DNA of 64,000 nucleotides from Candidatus Omnitrophota bacterium (lineage in GTDB: Bacteria > Omnitrophota > Gorgyraeia > Gygaellales > Profunditerraquicolaceae): the NCBI GenBank assembly GCA_026416665.1, contig JAOAET010000028.1, positions 3,706 through 67,705 of the forward strand, in the 5' to 3' direction. The translations under genes were made by a program, and so were the position numbers. The notes below the pieces were generated by a model. That model worked only from the letters and a program-made list of their open reading frames with translations. It was not told the DNA's origin and did no database searches. Below are positions 12,134-22,260 of this stretch, in pieces (the stretch's first letter is position 1; every line of letters starts with the position of its first letter).

Positions 12134-13399
12134 TTAACTACGCACCTGTCCTGAACCAAATACCATATACTTATAAGTAGTTAATTCCTCCAAAGCCATT
12201 GGCCCGCGAGCGTGTAATTTATCTGTAGAAATACCTATCTCTGCACCCATGCCAAACTGCCCACCGTCAGTAAAACGTGTTGAGGCATTAACATATACGC
12301 AGGCTGAATCAACAAGACGTAAAAATTCCAATGCGGAGTTATAATTTTCAGTAACAATAGTATCGGAGTGATGTGAACCAAAGGTATTAATATGTTCAAT
12401 TGCCTCCTCTAAAGACTTAACTACCTTAACTGAAATTTTTAAATCTAAATATTCTGTTCGGTAGTCCTGTTCTGTAGCCAGTTTTATGGGAATACCTTTG
12501 GCAATCTTTTGTGTCAAAGCACAGCCCCTTATCTCTACATTTGCCTCATAGAATTTTTTAAGACACAAAGGTATGAAACGAGGTGCGACATCTTGATGCA
12601 CAAGAAGTGACTCCATTGCATTACAAACCGCAGGTCTTTGTAGCTTTGCATTTAAACAAATCTTCTCTGCCATATTTAAGTCTGCCCACTCATCAACGTA
12701 GACATGACAGATACCCTTGTAATGTTTTATTACTGGTATGCGCGAGGATGATACTACTTTCTTTATTAATTCTTCTCCACCACGAGGTATCACTAAATCA
12801 ATGTAGTCATTTAACTTTAACAGTTCATCCACAACACTACGGTCTCCGGTGGTAATAAAATTAATCATTGCTGGGTCAATATTGTTCTTGACTAAAACAG
12901 ACCTTAAAATCTCATAAATAGCAATATTAGAATTGATTGCCTCGCTTCCTCCGCGCAAAATAACACTGTTTGAGGTCTTAAAACATAGTCCAATACAGTC
13001 AGAGGTAACATTGGGACGCGCTTCATAAATAATAGCAATTACTCCTATGGGCACACGCACTTTATGAATCCATAGACCATTGGGTCTACACCAGGCCTTA
13101 AGCACTTGTCCTACTGGGTCAGAAAGTGTAGCAATATCTCTTAAAGCTTGGCTCATTGACTGAATGCGTTTATCATCTAGCATCAGTCGGTCAAGCATTG
13201 CTTTACTGATTTTATTTTTTTGTGCTAAGCTTAAGTCTTTTTGATTTTCTTTAATAATGTGGGTGCGTTTCTGCCATAAAGATTCAGCCATTTCTTGCAA
13301 TACCTTATCTTTTAACTGGCTGGATAACCTCAGAGAATTTTGGGCAGCTTTTTGGGCTGCTTTCGCCATCTCAATAATAGAAAAGGTATTCTTTTTCAT
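12134..13399 (-). CDS. proA: Glutamate-5-semialdehyde dehydrogenase
   Basis: IYEARPNVT, PRGG, CNAMESLL, NASTRFTDGGQFGMGAEIGIST. Confidence 0.97.
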   Translation of the reverse strand: MKKNTFSIIEMAKAAQKAAQNSLRLSSQLKDKVLQEMAESLWQKRTHIIKENQKDLSLAQKNKISKAMLDRLMLDDKRIQSMSQALRDIATLSDPVGQVLKAWCRPNGLWIHKVRVPIGVIAIIYEARPNVTSDCIGLCFKTSNSVILRGGSEAINSNIAIYEILRSVLVKNNIDPAMINFITTGDRSVVDELLKLNDYIDLVIPRGGEELIKKVVSSSRIPVIKHYKGICHVYVDEWADLNMAEKICLNAKLQRPAVCNAMESLLVHQDVAPRFIPLCLKKFYEANVEIRGCALTQKIAKGIPIKLATEQDYRTEYLDLKISVKVVKSLEEAIEHINTFGSHHSDTIVTENYNSALEFLRLVDSACVYVNASTRFTDGGQFGMGAEIGISTDKLHARGPMALEELTTYKYMVFGSGQVRS

Positions 13400-13402
13400 A
13401 AT

Positions 13403-14461
13403 TTACTGCAGGATTACCAGATTATCACAATGAATAACTTCTCGTTCTAAACGCTTTCCTAAAGAATTCTCTAATGTCTTTGATGAGATAGCAACTTTTC
13501 CTCGTGCAAATTCCTTGCCTTCTTTGTCACAGATACTTACGACATCGCCTTCATTAAAGTTTCCACAGCAACGAAAAACACCAACTGAAAGAAGACTTTT
13601 GTTGGCAAATAGTGCCTTCTTTGCTCCATCATCAACAAAAACTGAACCTTTCGGCCGAGCACCAAAACCAATCCAACGTTGCCGTTGAGGTAACCCTTTT
13701 TGCTTGGGAACAAAATATGTGCCAATTGCAGTATTATCTTCGGCTAAACGTAGTAACACATCTGGAAACTTACCCGAAGCAATTACGCAACCAATACCTG
13801 AATCCGTAGCAATCTTAGCAGCTTTAAGCTTGGTAGCCATTCCTCCTACGGATGTTTTTTTTGTAGTGGAAGAAGCCAAAGACATTATCTCAGGTGTAAT
13901 GGTGCTTACCCGACGAATCACGGTTTTTTTGTCTTTATCAAAAAGACCATCTACATCGGAAAGAATAATCAAAAGTTCCGCGCCTATTAAAGTTGCTACT
14001 AAGCCAGAAAGCTGATCGTTGTCACCAAATTTTATTTCTTCGGTTGAAACAGTATCATTTTCATTAATAATCGGAATTATTTTAAAAGCAAGTAAGGCCT
14101 CTAAAGTATTTTTGGCATTTAAATACCTTTTACGCTGAGTAAAATCATCCCACGTTAATAAAACCTGACCGCAAAGTAGTCCAAACTTTTTAAAGGAATT
14201 CGAGTATAATGACATTAATTGATTTTGCCCAATAGCTGCGGCAGCTTGTAATTGAGAAAGTTCTTTGGGTCTTGAATGCAAACCTAAAATAGACATACCC
14301 AAGGCAATAGCACCTGAAGAAACAATTAAAAAATGATATTTTCGATTATGTAATATACTTATTTGCCTGGCAAAACTATCTAAAACCTCACCTGCGAAAT
14401 TACCTTTATCATCAAAAAATATACTAGACCCAATTTTTACTACTATACGTTTTGCCTTCAT
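13403..14461 (-). CDS. proB: Glutamate 5-kinase with PUA domain
   Basis: VVKIGSS, NENDTV, FGDND, GGMATK. Confidence 0.96.
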   Translation of the reverse strand: MKAKRIVVKIGSSIFFDDKGNFAGEVLDSFARQISILHNRKYHFLIVSSGAIALGMSILGLHSRPKELSQLQAAAAIGQNQLMSLYSNSFKKFGLLCGQVLLTWDDFTQRKRYLNAKNTLEALLAFKIIPIINENDTVSTEEIKFGDNDQLSGLVATLIGAELLIILSDVDGLFDKDKKTVIRRVSTITPEIMSLASSTTKKTSVGGMATKLKAAKIATDSGIGCVIASGKFPDVLLRLAEDNTAIGTYFVPKQKGLPQRQRWIGFGARPKGSVFVDDGAKKALFANKSLLSVGVFRCCGNFNEGDVVSICDKEGKEFARGKVAISSKTLENSLGKRLEREVIHCDNLVILQ

Positions 14462-15423
14462 TGATACTGACTTAATTTTTTTCTTATCTGCACTATTAAA
14501 TCATCTAAACCCGTTTTATTTAAAGCGGAAATAGGAATAATTTTCCTTCTCACTGTTTTTTTGAAACGAGTTAAATTTTCTTCTGCTTGCTCTAAATCCA
14601 TTTTATTTGCGACAATCAATTGAGGTTTTTGAGCTACTTCTTTGCTGTAAGCAGCAAGTTCTTTATTAATAATCTTATAATCAGAGATAGGGTCACGACC
14701 TGACTGTCCTCCCATGTCAATAAGATGAACTAAAATCTTGGTGCGCTCTATATGCCGAAGAAAACGATCTCCCAAACCTTTCCCTTGTGCTGAGCCTTCT
14801 ATTAAACCTGGGATATCTGCAATAATAAAAGTTGTCTCACCTTCACCTACTACACCTAAAATCGGTGTCTTGGTTGTAAAAGGATAAGGTGCAATCTTAG
14901 GGGTAGCATTAGAAAGTGCTGCTATTAAAGTTGACTTACCGGCATTAGGAAAACCAACTACTCCTACATCAGCAATAAGTTTGAGGTCTAAAAGTATGGT
15001 TCGCGTTTCTCCCGGCTGTCCACAGGTTACCTGGCGATTTTTTTGGTTACCCCTGCCTCCTTCACCACCTCGAGCGACAACAATTTCTTGACCATCAAAC
15101 TCAAGGTCACGCAAAACACACATTGTCTGTGCATCTTTTACAACAGTTCCACAAGGTACACGAATCACTACGGCAGGTGCATCTTTTCCACGTTTATTCT
15201 TACTTGAGCCATGTCCACCATGAGCACCCACAAAATGACGGTTATATTTAAAATCAAGCAATGTTCTTAAGTTGCGGTCAGCACGAATAATGATATCTGC
15301 GCCCCGACCTCCATCTCCTCCATCGGGTATACCATACCGAGTATATTTATCGCGATAAAAACTTTGACAACCTTTTCCTCCTGAACCTGCTTGAACTTTG
15401 ATTATTGCTTGGTCTACAAACAC
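14458..15423 (-). CDS. obgE: GTPase ObgE/CgtA
   Basis: Gly-rich Obg domain, GFPNAGKS, YPFTT, DIPG, NKMD. Confidence 0.97.
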   Translation of the reverse strand: MFVDQAIIKVQAGSGGKGCQSFYRDKYTRYGIPDGGDGGRGADIIIRADRNLRTLLDFKYNRHFVGAHGGHGSSKNKRGKDAPAVVIRVPCGTVVKDAQTMCVLRDLEFDGQEIVVARGGEGGRGNQKNRQVTCGQPGETRTILLDLKLIADVGVVGFPNAGKSTLIAALSNATPKIAPYPFTTKTPILGVVGEGETTFIIADIPGLIEGSAQGKGLGDRFLRHIERTKILVHLIDMGGQSGRDPISDYKIINKELAAYSKEVAQKPQLIVANKMDLEQAEENLTRFKKTVRRKIIPISALNKTGLDDLIVQIRKKLSQYQ

Positions 15424-15425
15424 AG

Positions 15426-15737
15426 CTAAACCTTAATTTTTTTGATTTCAAGACGTGTAAGTTGTTGACGATGACCTTTTTTTGTGTGTGATGACTTACG
15501 CCTACGGTATTTAAAAGTAATTTTCTTTGGCCCTTTCTCTTGCGCAAGGACTACTGCCTCAACAGAGACACCTTCTAAGTATGGTTTTCCTATTTTAACA
15601 TTATCACCGTCAGCAACTAAAAGAACCTTATCTAAGGTTATAGTCTCACCTGTTCCTGCATTTTGTTTTTCTACTAAAATTACCTGACCTTCTGAAATAA
15701 TCTGCTGTTTTCCTCCAACTTCAATAACTGCAAACAT
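15426..15737 (-). CDS. rplU: 50S ribosomal protein L21
   Basis: MFAVIEVGGKQ...KKGHRQ; GGAGG SD upstream. Confidence 0.97.
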   Translation of the reverse strand: MFAVIEVGGKQQIISEGQVILVEKQNAGTGETITLDKVLLVADGDNVKIGKPYLEGVSVEAVVLAQEKGPKKITFKYRRRKSSHTKKGHRQQLTRLEIKKIKV

Positions 15738-15779
15738 TTTTCTTCCTCCTTATATATGTTTTAATTAGTTAGAAAAATT

Positions 15780-15808
15780 ATTATATCTCATATACTTTAT
15801 AAAATCAA
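15780..15808 (-). promoter_or_regulatory. sigma70-type promoter for rplU-obgE-proBA
   Basis: TTGATT-17 bp-TATAAT on minus strand. Confidence 0.6.
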
Positions 15809-15834
15809 GGTAAAATATAAATGGTTTAAATGAT

Positions 15835-17292
15835 TTAAGTAATAGCGATATCTTCTACTTTAAAGGAAGAATTAGAAATGAGGTCAACGCGTAAATGGTA
15901 AGTGCGCTCAATATTTTTTAATCCTTGTGGCTCCTTAATTAATTCCGCTGCAACGTCAGGATGCACTGTAACCGACACCCGACGCAACCGCTTATTTGCA
16001 CAAAACTTGCGTAATTGCTTAATTACTTGAATAGCCATAGTAAGGGCAGACTTAACTTTACCCCTACCCTGACAATATGGACAGTCTTGGTATGAGATAG
16101 TAGCCACCGTGTTGTGCACACGCTCACGAGTCATTTCTACCAGCCCAAATTTAGATATCCCCAATACATCATATTTGGCCCTGTCTGCCTTAAGTGCCTC
16201 CTTAAGCAGGCGTAGGACCTGGCGTCGGTGTTCCTCTTTTTCCATATCTATAAAATCAATTACTATAATTCCTCCTAAATCGCGCAGGCGTAACTGATGA
16301 GCAATTTCTTCAGCCGCCTCACAGTTAACTTTAAAGGCTGCTTCTTCTTGGTTTATTCTTTCTTTAAATCCACCAGTATTAACATCTATAACTACCAAAC
16401 CTTCAGTAGGTTCAATCACAATATACGCCTTGGACTTTAAATAAACCTTTTTTTCAAAAATCTTTGCTACTTGTCTTTCTACATCGTAATCACCAAAGAG
16501 ATCACTACCTTTATATAGTTCTACTTTTTTACGCAATGGTGACATAAAAGAATTAATAAATTTCAAAATACGGTAATATTCTGCCTTTGAATCTACAATT
16601 AATCTTGATACATCTTCAGTGAAGGAATCACGAATTACACGTAAGGTCAAATCATATTCTTCATAAACCAAAGAAGGTGTTCTCTGTCTTGGGATTGTCT
16701 TTTCTATTCTCCGCCACAGTTTTATAAGAAAATTAGCATCGCGTAAAAGCTCATGTTTTGTTTTTTCCATAGCTGCAGTACGCACAATAAAACCAAATTC
16801 TTTAGGAAGTTCTAACTGCTCCATTATGAGGCGCAGGCGTTTACGTTCTTCTTCATTTTCAATTCGTCTTGAAACTCCTAAACCTGGGTCAAGTGGCATT
16901 AAGACAAGATATCTTCCCGCAATACCAATTTGACACGAAAGGCGTGGTCCTTTTGTTCCAAATGACTCTTTTACTACCTGCACTAAAACCTCTTGACCTT
17001 TCTTCACTGTTTTTGGTTGATACTCAAGTAAATTATCTTCTGTCAACTTGTCAATTGTCTCATAGGCAGACTCTATTTCAGACAGATATAGAAAACCTTT
17101 CTTGGATAGACCGATATCAACGAATGCCCCATTTATTGAGGGAATAACTGCTTCAATTTTTCCTTTATAGATATTTCCAACAATAGTTTTTTCGTTGGGT
17201 CGCTCAATGTAGAACTCATCAAGTATCTTGTCTGCTAAAATTGCTACTCTTTTTTCTTGTGGTTCAACATTAATTAAAATCTCTTTTGACAT
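15835..17292 (-). CDS. Ribonuclease E/G family
   Basis: S1 domain (GNIYKG), IDVNTG, LRLRDLGGIIVIDFIDM, CPYCQGRG Zn-link. Confidence 0.95.
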   Translation of the reverse strand: MSKEILINVEPQEKRVAILADKILDEFYIERPNEKTIVGNIYKGKIEAVIPSINGAFVDIGLSKKGFLYLSEIESAYETIDKLTEDNLLEYQPKTVKKGQEVLVQVVKESFGTKGPRLSCQIGIAGRYLVLMPLDPGLGVSRRIENEEERKRLRLIMEQLELPKEFGFIVRTAAMEKTKHELLRDANFLIKLWRRIEKTIPRQRTPSLVYEEYDLTLRVIRDSFTEDVSRLIVDSKAEYYRILKFINSFMSPLRKKVELYKGSDLFGDYDVERQVAKIFEKKVYLKSKAYIVIEPTEGLVVIDVNTGGFKERINQEEAAFKVNCEAAEEIAHQLRLRDLGGIIVIDFIDMEKEEHRRQVLRLLKEALKADRAKYDVLGISKFGLVEMTRERVHNTVATISYQDCPYCQGRGKVKSALTMAIQVIKQLRKFCANKRLRRVSVTVHPDVAAELIKEPQGLKNIERTYHLRVDLISNSSFKVEDIAIT

Positions 17293-17296
17293 ATCT

Positions 17297-17599
17297 TTAA
17301 CATATCCTTGCGGAAATTACCCGCACACCATCAGGTAAAACTGCATTTATTCTGCGTATAAATTCCTCTGCGGATAAAGGCTCTTTCAATATTACTTGCC
17401 CAATTTCGTTATCAGATTCAATTCCAAGTTTAAGGGCCCTTTTAAGACTCAGTTTCGGATGCGGATTAAAACCTTGAGTAATCATAACAGGTATCATTGC
17501 TCGTCGTAAAGCACGCATAAAAAGCCGCATCAAATCTAAATGTGAAATAAAACGCATTTTTTTACATTTACAAAACTTAAATTCAATAATAAATTTCAT
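17297..17599 (-). CDS. DUF2344/TIGR03936-family radical-SAM-linked protein (short form)
   Basis: RFISHLDL.R...RA.RRA...QGFNPHPK motif. Confidence 0.8.
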   Translation of the reverse strand: MKFIIEFKFCKCKKMRFISHLDLMRLFMRALRRAMIPVMITQGFNPHPKLSLKRALKLGIESDNEIGQVILKEPLSAEEFIRRINAVLPDGVRVISARIC

Positions 17600-17624
17600 T
17601 GCCCTTTCAATTTTAAGTCAAAGT

Positions 17625-17653
17625 ATTATACCAAGCTTAAAAATTTTTTTCAA
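17625..17653 (-). promoter_or_regulatory. sigma70-type promoter
   Basis: TTGAAA-17 bp-TATAAT with extended TG. Confidence 0.6.
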
Positions 17654-17810
17654 AGGTTTTTTAAGTATCCTCAAAAAAGAAGTAATATATTATTTGGCGT
17701 ATCTGTTTTGCCTTTCTTTAACAGTTTAAATTTAAACTAACCGGCTATTTTTATTTTATCCTGCTTGGCCATTTTTTAATTAATGTTTTTTTAAGTTATA
17801 TTAGATAAAT

Positions 17811-17844
17811 AAAAAATAAAGGCCAGAAATCTATTTCTGGCCTT
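17811..17844 (-). terminator. Rho-independent terminator after pilQ
   Basis: Inverted repeat AAGGCCAGAAAT/ATTTCTGGCCTT followed by TATTTTTT on minus strand. Confidence 0.8.
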
Positions 17845-17880
17845 AAGGGATATTTTAGTTAGTTATATGTAACAGAAATT

Positions 17881-19590
17881 TTACTTTTTCTTTTTTGTTT
17901 TCTTATCTTTTCCTGCTGCCACAGTATTCATTCGTTGCTCTAATTTCGAAATTGTCTCTGGAGAAAATTCATTCTCTTTTACAACATGCGCAGTAATAAA
18001 AATAAGAAGATCTATTTTACCTGTATCAATGGTTTCTCTTCTAAAAAGCGCTCCTAAAAGTGGTACTTTACTTAAAAAGGGAACTCCGATAGTACTTTTT
18101 GTCTGAATATCTTTTAACAAACCGCCAATTACTACTGTTTCGCCATCTTTTAACATAATCTGTGTCTGGATTTCTCTGGCATCAATAACAGGATAATCAG
18201 TATCTGCTGAAAAAGGTTCAGCTGAAGAAGAGGTATATATTTTGTTGGTGGCGGTAACATAGTCACTTATGGTAGTAACACTGGGATGTATTATCATATT
18301 TATGTAGTTGTCTTCATTTACTTGTGGCACAACGTGTAAACGAATACCTACTTCTTGATAATACTCTTGGTTTTGAACTATGGTGGTAGTAGTTCCTCCA
18401 CTATCTTCACTAGAAGAGGTCAAAGAACTTTTTAAAATTGGTCTATACACTCCCACAAACATGGCTGCTTCCTGATTATCCAAAGTCATAATACGTGGTG
18501 CGGATAAGGTATTGGCATGCACCTGTTCTTCTAAGGCGTGAATTACTGCCTCAAACTGTGTTCCAGAAAGTTTTTCAAAGAGGATATTTAACCCTGCCTC
18601 AAATGTTTGGTACCCAGTAATACCCGATGCTTTAGGATCAAAATTAGAAGGTTTTACCTCAGAGGCAGAACCAAGGACATTAGCACCGATAGTGTTTTTC
18701 CTCACTTTTACCCCAGTAATTGTAGCAGTTGAACCCCCGCTTAAACCCGTTCCATAATCAAAACCAATATCCCGCAGTTTATCTACATTTACTTCCATTA
18801 TTCGCGCCTCAATAAGCACCTGTTTTTGCGGTTTATCTATCTTTGGTAAAACTTCGTTAATAATTTGGTCAAGTACAGAGTCAGTATCAGTAATCATTAA
18901 TGTCTTTGAACGTATAGAACGCTCTTGTTCAATTTTAGTAGTAACAAAACCTCCACTTGAAGTTCGTTCTACTGAAACAGGCTCGTTATACTTTGACTCT
19001 TCTTCTTTCTCAAGCATTCTAGCACCTGCTTCTTGTTGCCCGATTTTAAATGTACCAAATTTCCATCCTTTTTGACCACGGGAATAAAGAACAGATATCT
19101 TTCCCCTTGGTGACAGCATAGGAATAATAATTCTCTGTGCATCAAGGGCATCCAGAAATTTTAAGTTAATAATCTCTGTCCGTAATGGTTCTTCTGACTG
19201 GATTTTTGCCATATTCTCAATTTTGGTTACCAAAATGACATTACCTTGTTTTTGGTAACCATAACCATTGCTTTTTAGGATTATATCCAATGCCCTATCC
19301 CAAGGTACATCTACTAAACGTATGGTTACTGTTCCTATCACATCAGGAGTAGGTACGATATTTATCCCTGATTTCTGACCTATTATCTTTAAAACATTTC
19401 TTATATCTGCATCTTTAAAATCTAAAGTTACATTTTCTACTGAGCTTACCACCGACGTTTGTTCAACCTGCTGTGAATTCGCTTCAGAAGACGAACCTGC
19501 TTTCTCTTGCGCTTCTATTAACGCAGAAGGACTATAAAACAAAAGTAATAACATCAGTATCAACTTTCCTATCTTTTGACCCTCTTTCAT
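17881..19590 (-). CDS. pilQ: Type IV pilus secretin PilQ-like
   Basis: Signal peptide, TLDFKDADIRNVL N0 domain, QVLIEARI, APRIMTLDNQEA, VPFLSKVPLLGALFR. Confidence 0.9.
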   Translation of the reverse strand: MKEGQKIGKLILMLLLLFYSPSALIEAQEKAGSSSEANSQQVEQTSVVSSVENVTLDFKDADIRNVLKIIGQKSGINIVPTPDVIGTVTIRLVDVPWDRALDIILKSNGYGYQKQGNVILVTKIENMAKIQSEEPLRTEIINLKFLDALDAQRIIIPMLSPRGKISVLYSRGQKGWKFGTFKIGQQEAGARMLEKEEESKYNEPVSVERTSSGGFVTTKIEQERSIRSKTLMITDTDSVLDQIINEVLPKIDKPQKQVLIEARIMEVNVDKLRDIGFDYGTGLSGGSTATITGVKVRKNTIGANVLGSASEVKPSNFDPKASGITGYQTFEAGLNILFEKLSGTQFEAVIHALEEQVHANTLSAPRIMTLDNQEAAMFVGVYRPILKSSLTSSSEDSGGTTTTIVQNQEYYQEVGIRLHVVPQVNEDNYINMIIHPSVTTISDYVTATNKIYTSSSAEPFSADTDYPVIDAREIQTQIMLKDGETVVIGGLLKDIQTKSTIGVPFLSKVPLLGALFRRETIDTGKIDLLIFITAHVVKENEFSPETISKLEQRMNTVAAGKDKKTKKKK

Positions 19591-19958
19591 AATCCCTCCT
19601 CTTCTAAGATAATCTCTTGGGGCTGACCTGCTTTGATTAATACTACTTTTTTCTCTTCAATACGTAAAACACAATAGCCATCAATTACATCTGCTACTTT
19701 AACAATTTCGCCGTTTATAATAGCATAGGAAAGACCACGCTTATCATACATAATACCTTCAAGTTTAAGTCGATTTTCTGATTTATCTTGTCTTGGTTGA
19801 GCCACTAAAATCTGTAATCTTCCATCGTCTGTAACCCAAGGGATGAAAGGATCGGGTCTACCTTGTGAGTCATAAACTTCTTGGCTAAAACAATACCAAC
19901 TTACTGTGATAAATACCAAAAGTAAAAAAATTAATATTCTTATGTTTTTCTTTTTCAT
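19587..19958 (-). CDS. PilP-like pilus assembly protein
   Basis: RPDPF motif, LKLEGIM...AIING; sits between pilO and pilQ. Confidence 0.65.
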   Translation of the reverse strand: MKKKNIRILIFLLLVFITVSWYCFSQEVYDSQGRPDPFIPWVTDDGRLQILVAQPRQDKSENRLKLEGIMYDKRGLSYAIINGEIVKVADVIDGYCVLRIEEKKVVLIKAGQPQEIILEEEGL

Positions 19959-20545
19959 TGTGGTTTAATTAAGGTGCGTAAGCTCAAAGTAATCCGTAGT
20001 TTCTGAAACTCATCTTGCTTTCGCATTATCTTAAATTCATCACAAGAAAATGGCTTATCACTATTTTCCAAGGCATTAAGAAAAATTCCGAAATCATGAT
20101 AACCGCATACTAAATCTAACTTAAGTAATAACGGAGTGATCTGAGATTGAAAATCAGTGGTTTTCTTATTTGAACCCTGCTGTTTTGGCGTAGCTACAGG
20201 TTGCTTCAAATGCACTATTTGACCAACTTTTATATTATTTGTCTTTGCCATTAAAGTTATCTCTTGCAATAAAAGGGGTAACTCTGTCTCATCAATAATC
20301 CGCCTTGATGTTACTTGTTGGCCTTCATCATTAAGTCGTTTCTCGGATAACTGCTGTGCCTGTCTCTTGATGTCTGCTATTGTTCGTTTGGTTAGAATTA
20401 TTTTTGCCTTACAAGAAGCAGCGTGTTTTATTTGTGCACCCAAAACAAAAAAGATATCCAGAATAAGCATAATTCCTAATGCGATACCTAAAGCAATAAG
20501 TTTCTGTTTGTCTAACTGGTTAAGTTTCTCTAATAGAATACGCAT
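19955..20545 (-). CDS. pilO: Type IV pilus assembly protein PilO
   Basis: N-terminal TM, coiled coil, GYHDFGIFLNALE; position in operon. Confidence 0.8.
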   Translation of the reverse strand: MRILLEKLNQLDKQKLIALGIALGIMLILDIFFVLGAQIKHAASCKAKIILTKRTIADIKRQAQQLSEKRLNDEGQQVTSRRIIDETELPLLLQEITLMAKTNNIKVGQIVHLKQPVATPKQQGSNKKTTDFQSQITPLLLKLDLVCGYHDFGIFLNALENSDKPFSCDEFKIMRKQDEFQKLRITLSLRTLIKPQ

Positions 20546-20547
20546 AA

Positions 20548-21123
20548 TCAGTTACTTTTTTGCTTTGCTTTAATAGTTATACTATAATCCTGAACAGTAA
20601 AACTTCCTTTTATTTGTGAATTTAACGGTCCTAACTCCAAAGCACTAAAATCTTTCATAAAATCTTTATCTGAACGGAGTGCTGACATAAAACGATTAAT
20701 AAGATCTATTTCATTGCCCTGACCTGATACCGAGACTACCGACCCATCAAGATAAAGCTCACTATTGGACATACTCATTTCATTTAGCCATACACCTGCA
20801 GGTAGTTGTAAAGAAATTGTGTTTAATTTCCTTGACCAAAGAATGCGATTGTTTAGGAAATCGCTAATCATTTTTCGCGCTGGATCTTGCTGCTGTTTTT
20901 GCTGTATTTCTATTTGTTTACGTTGGGGTTCTAGTGCATTCAAATTTTGCTGGACTGCCTTAAGTTGAAATATTCGGGATATCTGAATAAAGCCCAATAC
21001 AAGATGTAGGAAAATCACTAAACTCAACACAATACTTACAACAAGAACAATTCGCTCAAGATTCAGTCCAGTTGTGTCTTTTTTTGTCCGAAACTCATCT
21101 GGTAATAGATTTATCTGAAGCAT
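20548..21123 (-). CDS. pilN: Type IV pilus assembly protein PilN
   Basis: INLLP motif, TM helix, LPAGVWL. Confidence 0.88.
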   Translation of the reverse strand: MLQINLLPDEFRTKKDTTGLNLERIVLVVSIVLSLVIFLHLVLGFIQISRIFQLKAVQQNLNALEPQRKQIEIQQKQQQDPARKMISDFLNNRILWSRKLNTISLQLPAGVWLNEMSMSNSELYLDGSVVSVSGQGNEIDLINRFMSALRSDKDFMKDFSALELGPLNSQIKGSFTVQDYSITIKAKQKSN

Positions 21124-21125
21124 AG

Positions 21126-22139
21126 TTAACTTGTCCTTAAAGCAAGCCCCACCGCTACTGCAAGTTGTCCTGAAATAAGTTTTAACTTTTCTGGGTCTAA
21201 GTTCTCTGCTATTAAAATTTTACGAAAGGGATCCCAATACTCTACAGGAAGCGATAAATAATTTTCCAGCATCTTATCAAAACCAGGATATCTGCTTGCA
21301 CCACCAGATAAAAGAACCCTCTCAACAGAAGTAATACTGCGCGATTCATAGTAATCACAAGAAGTGCGAATCTCTTGAGCAAGTTTGGTAAGTACAGGTT
21401 CTATGAGCCGTTGAATGTGCTCTTTTTTCTGGGGTTCTGCACTAATCTTTAATTCTTCAGCCTGTTTAAATTCAAGACCCAAACCATCAGCGATACGTTG
21501 AGTAATATTATTCCCACCAATGGATATGTCACGGCTAAGCGCAGGTAACCCATCATCAACAATACTTAAGTTACTGGTGGCAGAACCAATGTTAAGCAGA
21601 GCAATTGTTTTTGCTTTATAGGCAGGGTCTTGCGAATAACTGTATTCAAAGGCATTAATAAGTGCCAGAGAATCAATATCCACCACATCTACCTCTAAAC
21701 CAGCATCATGCAAAATTTTTAACCGTTGGTTAAGAAAATCTTTCTTGACCGCAGCCAAAAGAACCTTCATTTTGTTGTCCGGCAAATCTCTTAATATCAC
21801 AGCATCAATAACTACATCATTAACAGGAAAAGGTATATGTTTTTGCGCTTCAAACTTAATGGCTTGCTTTAAATCAGCTAAAGACATTTTAGGAAAATCA
21901 ATGTAACGAATAAGTGCCTGTTGACCCGAAACAGAGATATTTACACGGCGGGTATTTAACTTTTGGCTTATAGACTTTAGAACCGCATCCATTTCCAGCT
22001 GTGTTCGCTCAAGACAAAATCCAACTAACTCTGCTGTTTCTTTTGTAATTTTAAGTTTAACTGCTTTTACAGAAGAAATACCTAAATTTAGTCCAACGCT
22101 ATATTTTTCTTTTGCCAAGAACGCATCAAGTCCAAACAT
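21126..22139 (-). CDS. pilM: Type IV pilus assembly protein PilM
   Basis: Actin-like fold: VGLNLG, EAQKHIPF, LSGG, LAVAVGLALR. Confidence 0.92.
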   Translation of the reverse strand: MFGLDAFLAKEKYSVGLNLGISSVKAVKLKITKETAELVGFCLERTQLEMDAVLKSISQKLNTRRVNISVSGQQALIRYIDFPKMSLADLKQAIKFEAQKHIPFPVNDVVIDAVILRDLPDNKMKVLLAAVKKDFLNQRLKILHDAGLEVDVVDIDSLALINAFEYSYSQDPAYKAKTIALLNIGSATSNLSIVDDGLPALSRDISIGGNNITQRIADGLGLEFKQAEELKISAEPQKKEHIQRLIEPVLTKLAQEIRTSCDYYESRSITSVERVLLSGGASRYPGFDKMLENYLSLPVEYWDPFRKILIAENLDPEKLKLISGQLAVAVGLALRTS

Positions 22140-22260
22140 AGACTATCTTTCTTTATTTAAAAACATATTTTAAAAGCAGTTTTTAATCTTTCTCTATTTA
22201 TATTTATTATAAGTCTTCAGATAAAATAATCAATAAATTGAATTTTAATCTCTCTTTATT

